Assembly: GCA_023703535.1 (NCBI GenBank)
Contig: CP097967.1
Span: 412,543 to 476,542 of the forward strand
DNA: 64,000 bases
Reading direction: 5' to 3'
Origin: SAR86 cluster bacterium
Lineage (GTDB): Bacteria > Pseudomonadota > Gammaproteobacteria > Magnimaribacterales > TMED112
The position numbers and the translations under genes were made by a program. Within the stretch, counting starts at the first letter, position 1. Each line of letters opens with the position of its first letter. Under the pieces are notes generated by a model that was not told the origin of the DNA, searched no databases, and saw only the letters and a list, made by a program, of their open reading frames with translations. Below are positions 10,991 to 20,224 of the stretch, one piece after another.

Positions 10991-12216
10991 GAATTATATC
11001 TCTCCATCCTTCGAGAAGTATTTAACGATGTAATAGTGAAATCTATAGCCGGAGCTAAGAGATTCGCAAAAAGAATTGCAAGCATCATTCCCTCAGGAAA
11101 TGCAGGGTTTATAACCCTTATCAATACAACGATAACTCCTATCGAAATTCCATAAATCCATCTACCCATATTTGTATTTGCGGCACTTACTGGCTCTGTT
11201 GCCATATACACCAATCCAAAAGCAAAGCTACCAATTGTTAAATGCCAATACCAGGGAATTGCAAACATAGGGTTAGTGTCTGAACCAATTAAGTTAAGAG
11301 CACTACTCATAACAATCATTCCTGCTAAAGTTCCAAAAATAATTCTCCAAGATGCGATTTTGGTGTAAACCATATATGCCCCAGCAAGAAGAATTAAAAA
11401 TGTTGACGTTTCACCTATCGATCCAGGTATTTGTCCAAAAAACGTTTGCCCCCATGAAAAATTACTGTTAATTCCGTTCATTCCTTCTAACGCAGCTATG
11501 CCAAGAGCTGTTGCTCCAGAATAGCCATCAATTGAACCATTATCAGCAAGACCTGCAACCCAAACCATATCTCCAGAGAGTTCAGTTGGATATGCGAAAT
11601 AGATAAACGCTCTACCAGTTAGCGCCGGATTTAAAAAGTTTTTTCCTGTGCCACCAAAAAGTTCTTTTCCTACTACTATTCCAAAAGCAATTCCACTTGC
11701 TGCTTGCCACAAGGGAATGTCTGGAGGGCAACTAAGTGAAAATAGAACAGTTGATACAAATGCACCTTCATTAATTTCATGTCTTCTTATTGTGGAAAAA
11801 ATTGCTTCACATGCTATACCAGTAATAAATACGGTAAGGTAAATTGGAACAAAATAAACCATACCAAACCAAAACCTATGCAGATGGTTTGAAGGGTCTG
11901 TGCCAACAAGTTGAATAAGGCTGTTATGCCAATCACCTGTTGTTGAAAAACCACCCTTATCTAAATAGTCTAGACCAAAATAGCCCATGTTATACATTCC
12001 CCAGAACATTGCTGGGAATGTTGCAAGCCACACAACAACCATGACCCTTTGAACATCAACTCTATCTCTAATGTGAGTTTTTCCAGTTGTTGCAACTTTA
12101 GATGAAAAAAAGAAGTTTTGAACTACCTCATAAAGATAGAAAAAAGTATTACTTTTCTGCGGTCTATTTTTGTCAAAAAAGTTCTCTAAAAATTTCAAGA
12201 ATTTTCCTCCTTCCAA
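10987..12216 (-). CDS. nqrB: Na+-NQR subunit B
   Basis: 409-aa polytopic protein with FMN attachment motif YSGATALG. The N-terminus KFLKFLENFF resembles Vibrio NqrB. Confidence 0.9.
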   Translation of the reverse strand: MEGGKFLKFLENFFDKNRPQKSNTFFYLYEVVQNFFFSSKVATTGKTHIRDRVDVQRVMVVVWLATFPAMFWGMYNMGYFGLDYLDKGGFSTTGDWHNSLIQLVGTDPSNHLHRFWFGMVYFVPIYLTVFITGIACEAIFSTIRRHEINEGAFVSTVLFSLSCPPDIPLWQAASGIAFGIVVGKELFGGTGKNFLNPALTGRAFIYFAYPTELSGDMVWVAGLADNGSIDGYSGATALGIAALEGMNGINSNFSWGQTFFGQIPGSIGETSTFLILLAGAYMVYTKIASWRIIFGTLAGMIVMSSALNLIGSDTNPMFAIPWYWHLTIGSFAFGLVYMATEPVSAANTNMGRWIYGISIGVIVVLIRVINPAFPEGMMLAILFANLLAPAIDFTITSLNTSRRMERYNS

Positions 12217-13511
12217 ATATCATCTATACAATCTTTAAATAGTGCCACATAGTCATATTTACTAGGGCAAACATATGAAAAAACACTCATATCTTCAGGA
12301 ATCAAATCAAAAATACCTAATTCTCGCAGTGCTACAAGATCTCCAATTGCTAAAGATTTCAAAAACAATGTTGGGTCAATATCAAAAATGTTAACCTCAT
12401 CAAAGACACCTATAGGCACAATAGCTCTGTAACCTCCATTTACATTTGTATCAAAATCAAACTTTTCAGGCTTTGTAATGCTTGAGAGAAATACATTTGT
12501 GGCACTATGATCTTTTTCGCCCAATTTCAGCCAATTGAAAAGGTTCGCCCTCCTTTCATCCGAAATTATAGTTACTTGATCAGAGTATCTTGTAAGATAA
12601 CTGGTATAGCTGTCACCAGATGTACCATATAATGCACTCCCAGAAATAAGTCTGCTTTCTTTGTTTGTATTACCGGCTGTTAATTCGGTTAAGCTTGCTC
12701 CAGAGACAGTTTTGAGTAGTTTTGGTTCAACACAGGCAGAACCTGTAACACTTACATATTTGTCAAAACAATAACTTTTGGTGGAAATATATTTTCCAAT
12801 TCTTATTACATCCTGCCAACTAATAGTCCAAGTTTTTTTACTTTTTCTTATTGGACAAATTTTATAGATGTGAGCAGAACTGTTACCACTTGGGTACTTA
12901 CCACTTATCAAAAATTTTTCTACATTTTCATTAGCAGTTTCTATTTCCTCATTACCACATAAAAATACAGCATCCTCTGCAAGTTCTTCCAGTGCATCAA
13001 GTCCCAAATCAAAAAAATTATTTTCCTTTGAAATTATGAGATTGGGGTTTAATTCAAGTGGGTCTTTTCTACAACAATTTACAAAAATATAGTTTGGCTT
13101 TGAATTAATATTTGGCACCCTATCAAAAGGCCTTTCCCTAAAGCTATCCCAAAGTCCAGCACTATTTAAATCCTCACCTATATCACCACTTATATTTAAT
13201 TCAAAAAGAGTATTTTTTTTGTCATTTTCTATCTCAACTGATATTAAAGCTCTTTTTTCCCCTCTATTCACTGAGCTTATTACCCCACTCACCGGAGAGA
13301 CAATTTTAAAGCCATGATTGGTCTTATCTTCAATAATTGGTTGACCAACTCTTACTTGATCACCTTCAGACAGTAGAAATTTAGGCTTAAGACCAAAATA
13401 ATCTTCACTTAAAATTCCTATAAATTTTGACTCTAGATCTTCAACTATGAATTTTTCTACAGAGCCAAAAAGAGGTACATTCAATCCCCCTTTTAACTTT
13501 ATTTCTTTCAT
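12195..13511 (-). CDS. nqrA: Na+-NQR subunit A
   Basis: 438-aa soluble protein. The N-terminus MKEIKLKGGLNVPLFG is typical of NqrA. It is the first gene of the nqr block. Confidence 0.88.
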   Translation of the reverse strand: MKEIKLKGGLNVPLFGSVEKFIVEDLESKFIGILSEDYFGLKPKFLLSEGDQVRVGQPIIEDKTNHGFKIVSPVSGVISSVNRGEKRALISVEIENDKKNTLFELNISGDIGEDLNSAGLWDSFRERPFDRVPNINSKPNYIFVNCCRKDPLELNPNLIISKENNFFDLGLDALEELAEDAVFLCGNEEIETANENVEKFLISGKYPSGNSSAHIYKICPIRKSKKTWTISWQDVIRIGKYISTKSYCFDKYVSVTGSACVEPKLLKTVSGASLTELTAGNTNKESRLISGSALYGTSGDSYTSYLTRYSDQVTIISDERRANLFNWLKLGEKDHSATNVFLSSITKPEKFDFDTNVNGGYRAIVPIGVFDEVNIFDIDPTLFLKSLAIGDLVALRELGIFDLIPEDMSVFSYVCPSKYDYVALFKDCIDDIWKEENS

Positions 13512-14984
13512 TTATTGCTTTGGATATCTTACTAGGTTGACATCTAATACTTTTTTCAAAAGCCTTACAACCTGTCTGCTGTAACCATACTCATTATCGT
13601 ACCAACAGTAAATAGTCACATTGTTAAAATTACTAATTGTTGCTTGAGAGTCATAAACTAAAGCAAATTCATTGCTGTAATAATCCGATGACACAGCATC
13701 AATAGAGTTTGAGTAGTCAATGGTTTCTCTTAAATTTGAACTAAATGCTGCTTTTCTAAAACATTCATTCACTTCATCTACACCAACACCTCTTTTAACT
13801 GTCAGGCTTATTATCGCAAGACTAACATTAGGAGTTGGAACTCTTATGGCATTTGCTGTAATTTTTCCTTTTAATTCAGGGAGAATTTTAGCTACAGCTT
13901 TAGCAGCACCTGTATCCGTAATTACAAGATTTAAGGCAGCACTTCTGCCTCTTCGGTCAGATGGGTGGAAATTATCAATTAAATTTTGATCATTTGTAAA
14001 TGAGTGAACTGTTTCAATGTGACCGTTTACAATCTTAAAATTATCATCGATAAGTTTTAGAGCGGGGACTATTGCATTAGTAGTACATGATGCTGCTGCA
14101 AGCATTTTATCCTCAGAAGATGCTTTATCATCATTAACTCCAAAAACAATATTTTTAATTTTTCCTTTCCCAGGAGCAGTTAATAAAACTCTTTCAACAC
14201 TTGGGTTTTTTACGTGTTGTGAGAGCCCCTCTTCATCCCTCCATACTCCAGTGCTATCTATTACAGTCGCTCTCTTAATATCAAAGTCTTTATATTTAAC
14301 CTTCTTTGGATTGTCTGAGTATATAAATGAAACTTCATTTCCATTTATTATCAATGAATTATTTTGTTTGTTTACTCTTATAGTCCCGGGAAACGCTCCA
14401 TGAACGCTGTCATTTCTCAATAAACCTGCCCTTTTTATTAGATCATCATCATGTCCAGAATCTCTTAAAATAATCGCTCTAAGCCTCCATTTTGCTCCTG
14501 CACCAGTATCGCTTATAAGTATTCTTGTTAAGATTCTTCCAATTCTTCCAAAACCATAAATAACAATATCTTTTGGCCTAAGAGGATAAGATCTTTTTGT
14601 TCTTTTTTGTTCCGCTAAACATTTGTCAACATACTTTTCCGAATCTAGTTGTTTATTCTCTAAAAGATGTACAACCATCTCGCCAATATCTATTTCGCAT
14701 GGCATTAATTTCATCTTCGAAATTTGCTCTAGGACTGGATAGGTTTCAATCTCACTAAGCTCATTTCCTTCAACTTCCCTAACGAATCTATGTAATTTCA
14801 TTATTTCTAAAGCAGAGCAATTCAGCAGGGGACGTCCATACATTAAAATACGTATACCGCTTCGATAGAGTTTACCGACTATAGGAACCATTGATTCTGC
14901 AAGTGCTTCTCTCCACTTCCAGTCACCAAAGTAATCATCTACCTTTGGCCTTCTTCGTTTATCTGGATTAAATCTTTTGACCAA
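13512..14984 (-). CDS. long-form glyceraldehyde-3-phosphate dehydrogenase (about 135-aa N-terminal extension)
   Basis: 490 aa. The C-terminal ~350 aa carry the GAPDH Rossmann motif YGFGRIGR and the active site ASCTTNA. The N-terminal extension has no motif I recognise. The stop abuts the nqrA start. Confidence 0.8.
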   Translation of the reverse strand: MVKRFNPDKRRRPKVDDYFGDWKWREALAESMVPIVGKLYRSGIRILMYGRPLLNCSALEIMKLHRFVREVEGNELSEIETYPVLEQISKMKLMPCEIDIGEMVVHLLENKQLDSEKYVDKCLAEQKRTKRSYPLRPKDIVIYGFGRIGRILTRILISDTGAGAKWRLRAIILRDSGHDDDLIKRAGLLRNDSVHGAFPGTIRVNKQNNSLIINGNEVSFIYSDNPKKVKYKDFDIKRATVIDSTGVWRDEEGLSQHVKNPSVERVLLTAPGKGKIKNIVFGVNDDKASSEDKMLAAASCTTNAIVPALKLIDDNFKIVNGHIETVHSFTNDQNLIDNFHPSDRRGRSAALNLVITDTGAAKAVAKILPELKGKITANAIRVPTPNVSLAIISLTVKRGVGVDEVNECFRKAAFSSNLRETIDYSNSIDAVSSDYYSNEFALVYDSQATISNFNNVTIYCWYDNEYGYSRQVVRLLKKVLDVNLVRYPKQ

Positions 14985-14986
14985 AA

Positions 14987-16069
14987 CTAGCTATTTATAT
15001 ACTTCTGTAGATAAAAGTCAGCGCTACCGAAAATATTTGCTATGACCATTAATCTCTTAAGGTAATGACCAACAGACATTTCTTCAGTAACACCCATACC
15101 ACCATGAAGTTGAACGGCCTCCTCTCCAACAAGTTTACCTGATTTTGAAATTTGATTTTTCAACCCATAGATAAGCTTAGTTTTTTCATCTTTATCCTCT
15201 GTTGCGAGAACCTTCAGAAGGAAGGATTTTGTATATTCAGTTTCCATAAACATATCAACCATTCGGTGTTGTAAGGCCTGAAATTTAGAGAGTGGTGAAC
15301 CAAATTGTTCTCTTTGTTGTGTGTATTCAATTGTAAGCCTATAACATTTCTCCATCGCACCAACAGCTTCAGCTGAAATACATACAATTGCATCTTTCAT
15401 TACCTCTTCTAGGTTATTTAGTGCGTCTTTTTCTTGGATTATTGCTTCTGGCTTGCAATTTTCAAAAGTTAGTTCACCAGACACAAATCCATCATAAGTT
15501 TTATAACTCTTAAGATTTAAACCTTCAGCATCTTTTGAAACTAGTGAGAAACAAAAGTCATCACCCTTTTTTGAAAAAACTATAAAGTAATCTGCATTTG
15601 GAGCATTTAGAACAGTTGATTTGGAGCCACTGAGTAGACCTTTATCATCTAAAACTGTTTCAATGTTTTCTAAGTTATATCCTTTTTCTGGTTCGTAATT
15701 TGCTAAGGAAAATTGCTTTTCCCCACTTACGATAGAGGACAGATATTCATCTTTCTTATCAAAACCAGATCTTTTCAAGACTCCACCCGCTAAGACTACA
15801 TTAGCCAAATATGGTTCAACTACTATTGATTTGCCAAACTCTTCAAACAGGATACTTAAATCTAAGACATCCCCACCAAGACCTCCAAGCTCCTCGTCAA
15901 AAGGAACAGCAAGCCAACCTAAATCTGCAAATAATTTCCAGTGTTCCTTGCTAAAACCACTGTCAGAATTTACAGACTTCATTCTTGTTTCAAAGTCATA
16001 ATCTGAAGTACAAAACCTTGATACACTGTCACGAAGTAGGTTTTGTTCGTCAGAGAAATTGAGATTCAT
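14987..16069 (-). CDS. acyl-CoA dehydrogenase family protein (short; atypical C-terminus)
   Basis: 360 aa with ACAD-like layout (..REQFGSPLSKFQALQHRMVDM.., HGGMGVTEE). The C-terminus IFGSADFYLQKY lacks the usual Y-E/G-G-T-x-E-I motif. Confidence 0.75.
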   Translation of the reverse strand: MNLNFSDEQNLLRDSVSRFCTSDYDFETRMKSVNSDSGFSKEHWKLFADLGWLAVPFDEELGGLGGDVLDLSILFEEFGKSIVVEPYLANVVLAGGVLKRSGFDKKDEYLSSIVSGEKQFSLANYEPEKGYNLENIETVLDDKGLLSGSKSTVLNAPNADYFIVFSKKGDDFCFSLVSKDAEGLNLKSYKTYDGFVSGELTFENCKPEAIIQEKDALNNLEEVMKDAIVCISAEAVGAMEKCYRLTIEYTQQREQFGSPLSKFQALQHRMVDMFMETEYTKSFLLKVLATEDKDEKTKLIYGLKNQISKSGKLVGEEAVQLHGGMGVTEEMSVGHYLKRLMVIANIFGSADFYLQKYINS

Positions 16070-16072
16070 AAT

Positions 16073-17263
16073 TTACAAGCCCAATACAGCCTTAGCTATA
16101 ATATTTTTTTGAATCTCATTTGTTCCACCGTAAATGGTGACTTTTCTAAAGTTTAAATATTTTGCAGCCGTAAGTTGAGCTGCTTTAGAAGATGATACTT
16201 CCTGATCCTTAAAGCCATATGGACCTCCGAAAGGAATAGCCTCATGACCTGCAGCTTCAAGAGCAAGAGATGTTAGTCTTTGTTGAAGTTCAGTTCCCTT
16301 AATTTTTAGGAGAGAAGATTCTGCACCAGGACCTTTACCCTCTCTTTCTGCTGCTAGACCTCTAAGTTCTGTCATTTCCAAAGCACTAAGATCTAATTCT
16401 ATTTGTGCAACTTTCGATTTAAAGAATGGATCTTCGGATAAAGGACTATCATTGTGAAAGATTTTTTCCGCTCTTTTTACCAGACCATTGAGACCTCTTC
16501 TTAATTGGGGTGCTCCAGCAATTGATGTTCTTTCATGAAAAAGTAAGAATTTTGCATAAGTCCATCCCTGACCAGGTTCTCCAACAACATTTTCAGCTGG
16601 CACTCTAACATTATCAAACCAAACTTCATTAACTTCGTGATCTCCATCTATAGTGATTATTGGTTTTACGCTAACCCCAGGAGTTTTCATATCAACAAGT
16701 ATGAATGTGATACCCTCTTGTTTTTTACCTGAGTCATCTGTTCGAACAAGAACAAAAATCCAGTCAGCATGTTGTCCTAATGTTGTCCAAGTTTTTTGTC
16801 CATTAATTACGTATTCTTCACCATCTTTTTCTGCCTTACACTTTAAAGAAGCTAAATCCGAGCCCGAACCTGGCTCTGAGTATCCCTGACACCACCAATC
16901 ATCAAAATTTAATATTCTTGGTAAAAAATAATCCTTTTGTTTTTGAGAACCAAATGTCCAAATCACAGGAGCAACCATTTGAAGACCAAATGGTATAAAC
17001 ATTGGACAGCCTTCCATCGCTAACTCTCTGAGGTAGATGTATTTTTTTGTAGCATCCCAGCCAGTACCACCGTGCTCTACAGGCCATGAATGCCCCATCC
17101 ATCCTTTTTTAGCAACAACTTTGTGCCACTCTACTATCTCATCCCTTGTTAAATCGTCCCCATTATCCATCTTTTCTTTGATGTGTTTTGGGTACTCTTT
17201 ATCGAGGAATTCTCTGACTTCACTCTGGAAGTCTAGGTCTTCTTTAGAAAAATTTAGATCCAT
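16073..17263 (-). CDS. acyl-CoA dehydrogenase
   Basis: 396 aa with GYSEPGSGSDLASL and a C-terminal IYGGTNEIQKNIIAK. A Glu in LLFHERTSIAG sits at the IVD/LCAD-type catalytic position; that alignment was made by eye. Confidence 0.82.
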   Translation of the reverse strand: MDLNFSKEDLDFQSEVREFLDKEYPKHIKEKMDNGDDLTRDEIVEWHKVVAKKGWMGHSWPVEHGGTGWDATKKYIYLRELAMEGCPMFIPFGLQMVAPVIWTFGSQKQKDYFLPRILNFDDWWCQGYSEPGSGSDLASLKCKAEKDGEEYVINGQKTWTTLGQHADWIFVLVRTDDSGKKQEGITFILVDMKTPGVSVKPIITIDGDHEVNEVWFDNVRVPAENVVGEPGQGWTYAKFLLFHERTSIAGAPQLRRGLNGLVKRAEKIFHNDSPLSEDPFFKSKVAQIELDLSALEMTELRGLAAEREGKGPGAESSLLKIKGTELQQRLTSLALEAAGHEAIPFGGPYGFKDQEVSSSKAAQLTAAKYLNFRKVTIYGGTNEIQKNIIAKAVLGL

Positions 17264-17321
17264 ATTTCACCCTACTTCTTTTACGTCTAATTATATAATA
17301 TATAGCTAACTTTATTTATTG

Positions 17322-17340
17322 GGATTTTTGAGAAAAATCC
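17322..17340. promoter_or_regulatory. perfect 8+8 bp inverted repeat (candidate operator) in a divergent promoter region
   Basis: GGATTTTT-GAG-AAAAATCC lies in the 96-nt gap between the ACAD-gap-nqr string and the 17360 gene. Confidence 0.2.
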
Positions 17341-17359
17341 TATTGGTATTAAAAACTTT

Positions 17360-17854
17360 ATGGCCCTTTTTTTCAAGTTAATAGCTATTTTTTTGTTGTT
17401 ATCTTTACATACCAACGCAGAGGATAATAAGCAGAAAATACTAGTTGAAGTAAATTTTTTTAACTGGAAAAACTCAAATTCTACTGAAACTTTTGAAAAT
17501 TTAGAGGAATTGAAAGTTTTCGATCCTTTTATTGATTTGAGAAAAGTTGAAATTAAAAATTTTCAAAGCTCCTTAAAAGAAAATATAGATAAAATTGAAA
17601 ATGCATCATTCCTACATTCATTAGCCTGGAAGCAACAAATTGAAGAACTTGAAACATCAAAGTTTGTCAAAATAACACCATTTTTTGAGAACTGTTTTAT
17701 AAAGGCCTACAAATCTAGATTTTTAAGATTGGTCGTAAAATGTGCTTCTAGAGATGGCTTTATAATCAATAGTTCTTCAAAAGCAGAACTGGGAAGAACA
17801 TATTATTTTGATCATCCAATGTTTGGTATATTAGTCTCTTTAAAACAGCAATAG
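17360..17854 (+). CDS. exported hypothetical protein, possibly CsiV/DUF2803-like
   Basis: 164 aa with signal peptide MALFFKLIAIFLLLSLHTNA. The C-terminal YYFDHPMFGILVSL resembles the CsiV-family signature as I remember it. Confidence 0.45.
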   Translation: MALFFKLIAIFLLLSLHTNAEDNKQKILVEVNFFNWKNSNSTETFENLEELKVFDPFIDLRKVEIKNFQSSLKENIDKIENASFLHSLAWKQQIEELETSKFVKITPFFENCFIKAYKSRFLRLVVKCASRDGFIINSSSKAELGRTYYFDHPMFGILVSLKQQ

Positions 17855-17856
17855 GA

Positions 17857-18435
17857 TTATTTGTAGTAGGCGTTTTCATTTTTGGAGTGATCGGTAATAT
17901 CCCTTACTCCCTTTAGCTCAGGAACTTTTTCAGTAAGAGTTTTTTCTATACCTTCTTTTAGTGTTACATCTACCATTCCACATCCCTGACAACCACCACC
18001 AAATTGAAGAATTGCATACTTGTCGTCTGTAATTTCTTGAAGGTGTACATTTCCTCCATGTGAGGCTAGTTGAGGATTTATTTCGTCATATAGAATGAAA
18101 TTCACTTTATCCTCTAAACTGGCATCTTCACCAATTTTAGGAACTCTTGAACTTGGAGCCTTTATTGTAAGTTGGCCACCGAAGTTATCTTTATCGTAGT
18201 TAACTTCCGCATCATCAAGGTAAGGTAAGCTTTTTTCCTCAATAAAAAGAATAAATTTTTTAAATTTAATTTTTGCATCGGTGGGCTCGGACTCATCTTT
18301 TTTACAAAAAGCTAAACATGTTTCAGCTCTAGGTGTTCCAGGCTCAGATACAAATATTCTTATATCACAATCAAAGTCTTTCTTTTCAATTAGCTCAGAT
18401 AAGTACTCTTCCGCATTTTGCGTTACATTGATCAT
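17857..18435 (-). CDS. nfuA: Fe-S cluster biogenesis protein NfuA
   Basis: 192 aa with an N-terminal degenerate A-type domain and a C-terminal Nfu domain carrying GGGCQGCGM. Confidence 0.88.
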   Translation of the reverse strand: MINVTQNAEEYLSELIEKKDFDCDIRIFVSEPGTPRAETCLAFCKKDESEPTDAKIKFKKFILFIEEKSLPYLDDAEVNYDKDNFGGQLTIKAPSSRVPKIGEDASLEDKVNFILYDEINPQLASHGGNVHLQEITDDKYAILQFGGGCQGCGMVDVTLKEGIEKTLTEKVPELKGVRDITDHSKNENAYYK

Positions 18436-18455
18436 ATATTTAATATAGTTCTTAA

Positions 18456-18659
18456 ATGGGAATAATAAACGATTTTCTATCTATTTTATCAGGAGTTGGT
18501 AAAAGAGACTCTTTAGAGCAATTTATTAAGAAAGGTTTTCTTAGAGCTTTAGCTATCGGAGCAATAATACTATTTTCATTTGTCAGTATTATTTTGCTGA
18601 TAGTATATTTAATTAATCGGCGCTTCCTCATCTTTGTTTATAGCAACGATAGTTTTTGA
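18456..18659 (+). CDS. small hypothetical single-pass membrane protein (uncertain)
   Basis: 67-codon ORF in stop-rich AT DNA with TM helix ALAIGAIILFSFVSIILLIVYLI. There is no obvious Shine-Dalgarno. The last 51 nt are antisense to the etfA 3' end. Confidence 0.3.
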   Translation: MGIINDFLSILSGVGKRDSLEQFIKKGFLRALAIGAIILFSFVSIILLIVYLINRRFLIFVYSNDSF

Positions 18660-19478
18660 GTCTTTCATACCAGCAAGATGTTGAATTGCACCCGATATTC
18701 CGACAGCTACGTATAAATTTGGAGCTACCGATTTACCTGTTTGCCCAACTTGGTAATCATTTGGTGCAAAACCTGAATCAACTGCTGCCCTTGAAGCTCC
18801 AATTGCAGCATTAAGTTTTGTTGCTATTCCTTCCAGAAGTTTAAAGTTATCTGAATTCTGCATACCTCTTCCTCCAGACACAACAATATCTGCAGATGTT
18901 AATTCTGGTCGATCAGATACAGTAAGTTCGTTTTTAACAAACGTAGGTTTATTAGTATTATTTGCTGGCAAGTCATGTTTAACAAACTCAGCACTTCCTC
19001 CATCTGTAGAAGTCTTATCAAAGGAGGTTGTTCTAATTGTAAGAACATTTCTGCTTTGTTCTGTTTTTACAGTTGCTATGCATGCTCCTGCATAGATTGG
19101 TTTTTTAAAAGTGCTACCATCAACAACTTCTATTACTTCTGATATTTGCTGTATATCCATAAGGCCTGCAAATCTTGGCATTATATTTTTTCCTGATGTG
19201 CTTGAGCTAGCGAGGAAGTAATCATAATCATCGCTAACAGCAATTAAACAATCTACAGTATTTTCTGCAATTTCATTTTCAAATATTTTATCTTCAAAGA
19301 CATGAACCTTTTTAACAGAGCTTAGAGCTGATATCTCAGTTTCCAGATTGCTAATATTTGAAGTTATACAAATTAAATCTATTTCATCTCCAAGCATTTC
19401 AGCAGCCTTTACCACTGAAAGCGTTGCTCCAGATAAGGAATTATTATCATGTTCTGCAAGTACTAATATTTTTGTCAT
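18609..19478 (-). CDS. etfA: electron transfer flavoprotein alpha subunit (C-terminally short)
   Basis: 289 aa with ETF-alpha signature YVAVGISGAIQHLAGMKDS. It ends at ..AINKDEEAPIN, missing the ~25-30 aa tail seen in reference EtfA proteins. Confidence 0.85.
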   Translation of the reverse strand: MTKILVLAEHDNNSLSGATLSVVKAAEMLGDEIDLICITSNISNLETEISALSSVKKVHVFEDKIFENEIAENTVDCLIAVSDDYDYFLASSSTSGKNIMPRFAGLMDIQQISEVIEVVDGSTFKKPIYAGACIATVKTEQSRNVLTIRTTSFDKTSTDGGSAEFVKHDLPANNTNKPTFVKNELTVSDRPELTSADIVVSGGRGMQNSDNFKLLEGIATKLNAAIGASRAAVDSGFAPNDYQVGQTGKSVAPNLYVAVGISGAIQHLAGMKDSKTIVAINKDEEAPIN

Positions 19479-20224
19479 ATTACCTTCGCCTCATTTTTTA
19501 ATTTTTCGACAAGATCATCAACGTTTTCAACTTTAACGCCCTCCTCTCTTTCTGGTGGAGATTCAACTTTTAATGTTGTAACTGTGGGCTTAACTTCAAC
19601 ACCTAATTCTTCGACTGTTAATTCCTCAAGAGGCTTTCTTTTAGCTTTCATAATATTTGGCAAAGAAGCATATCTTGGTTCATTAAGCCTTAAATCTGTA
19701 GTAATAACAGCTGGTAAGCTTGAACTTAGTGTTTCAAGACCTCCATCAATTTCCCTTGTTACCTCTACACCATTACCGTTTAATTCAACTTTTGAAGCAA
19801 ATGTTATTTGAGGTAAATTTGTAAGAGCTGAAAACATTTGTCCTGTTTGATTGTGGTCTCCGTCGATACCGACTTTGCCCATAATTACTAAATTTGGTGA
19901 TTCTTTTTCATAAACCTTTACAAGAATCTTTGAAACATCAAGAGGTTGAAGAGTCTTATCAGTTTTCACAAGTATGGCTCTGTCAGCTCCTAGGGCAAGT
20001 GCTGTTCTGAGTTGCTCTTGGTTTTTTTCGTCTCCAACACTTACTGCAATAATCTCAGTTGCATTTCCACCCTCTTTTAATCTTATTGCTTCTTCAAGAG
20101 CAATTTCACAAAAAGGATTTACAGCCATTTTGACATTTGACAAATCAACATCGGTATTTGCTTGATTTGGTCGGACCTTGACGTTGTAATCGTTTACCCG
20201 TTTAATTGGAATGAGTATTTTCAT
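19475..20224 (-). CDS. etfB: electron transfer flavoprotein beta subunit
   Basis: 249 aa starting MKILIPIKRVNDYNVKVR, the typical EtfB N-terminus. Overlaps etfA by 4 nt. Confidence 0.9.
   Translation of the reverse strand: MKILIPIKRVNDYNVKVRPNQANTDVDLSNVKMAVNPFCEIALEEAIRLKEGGNATEIIAVSVGDEKNQEQLRTALALGADRAILVKTDKTLQPLDVSKILVKVYEKESPNLVIMGKVGIDGDHNQTGQMFSALTNLPQITFASKVELNGNGVEVTREIDGGLETLSSSLPAVITTDLRLNEPRYASLPNIMKAKRKPLEELTVEELGVEVKPTVTTLKVESPPEREEGVKVENVDDLVEKLKNEAKVI

Noticed and set aside
18560-18660. etfA as a frameshifted pseudogene
   Set aside because: The two alternative minus-strand frames after the stop do not encode the missing ..F-x-x-ADYG-x-VGDLF.. tail, and the rest of the gene is intact with all signatures. 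It is therefore treated as a truncated but probably functional gene (see findings).
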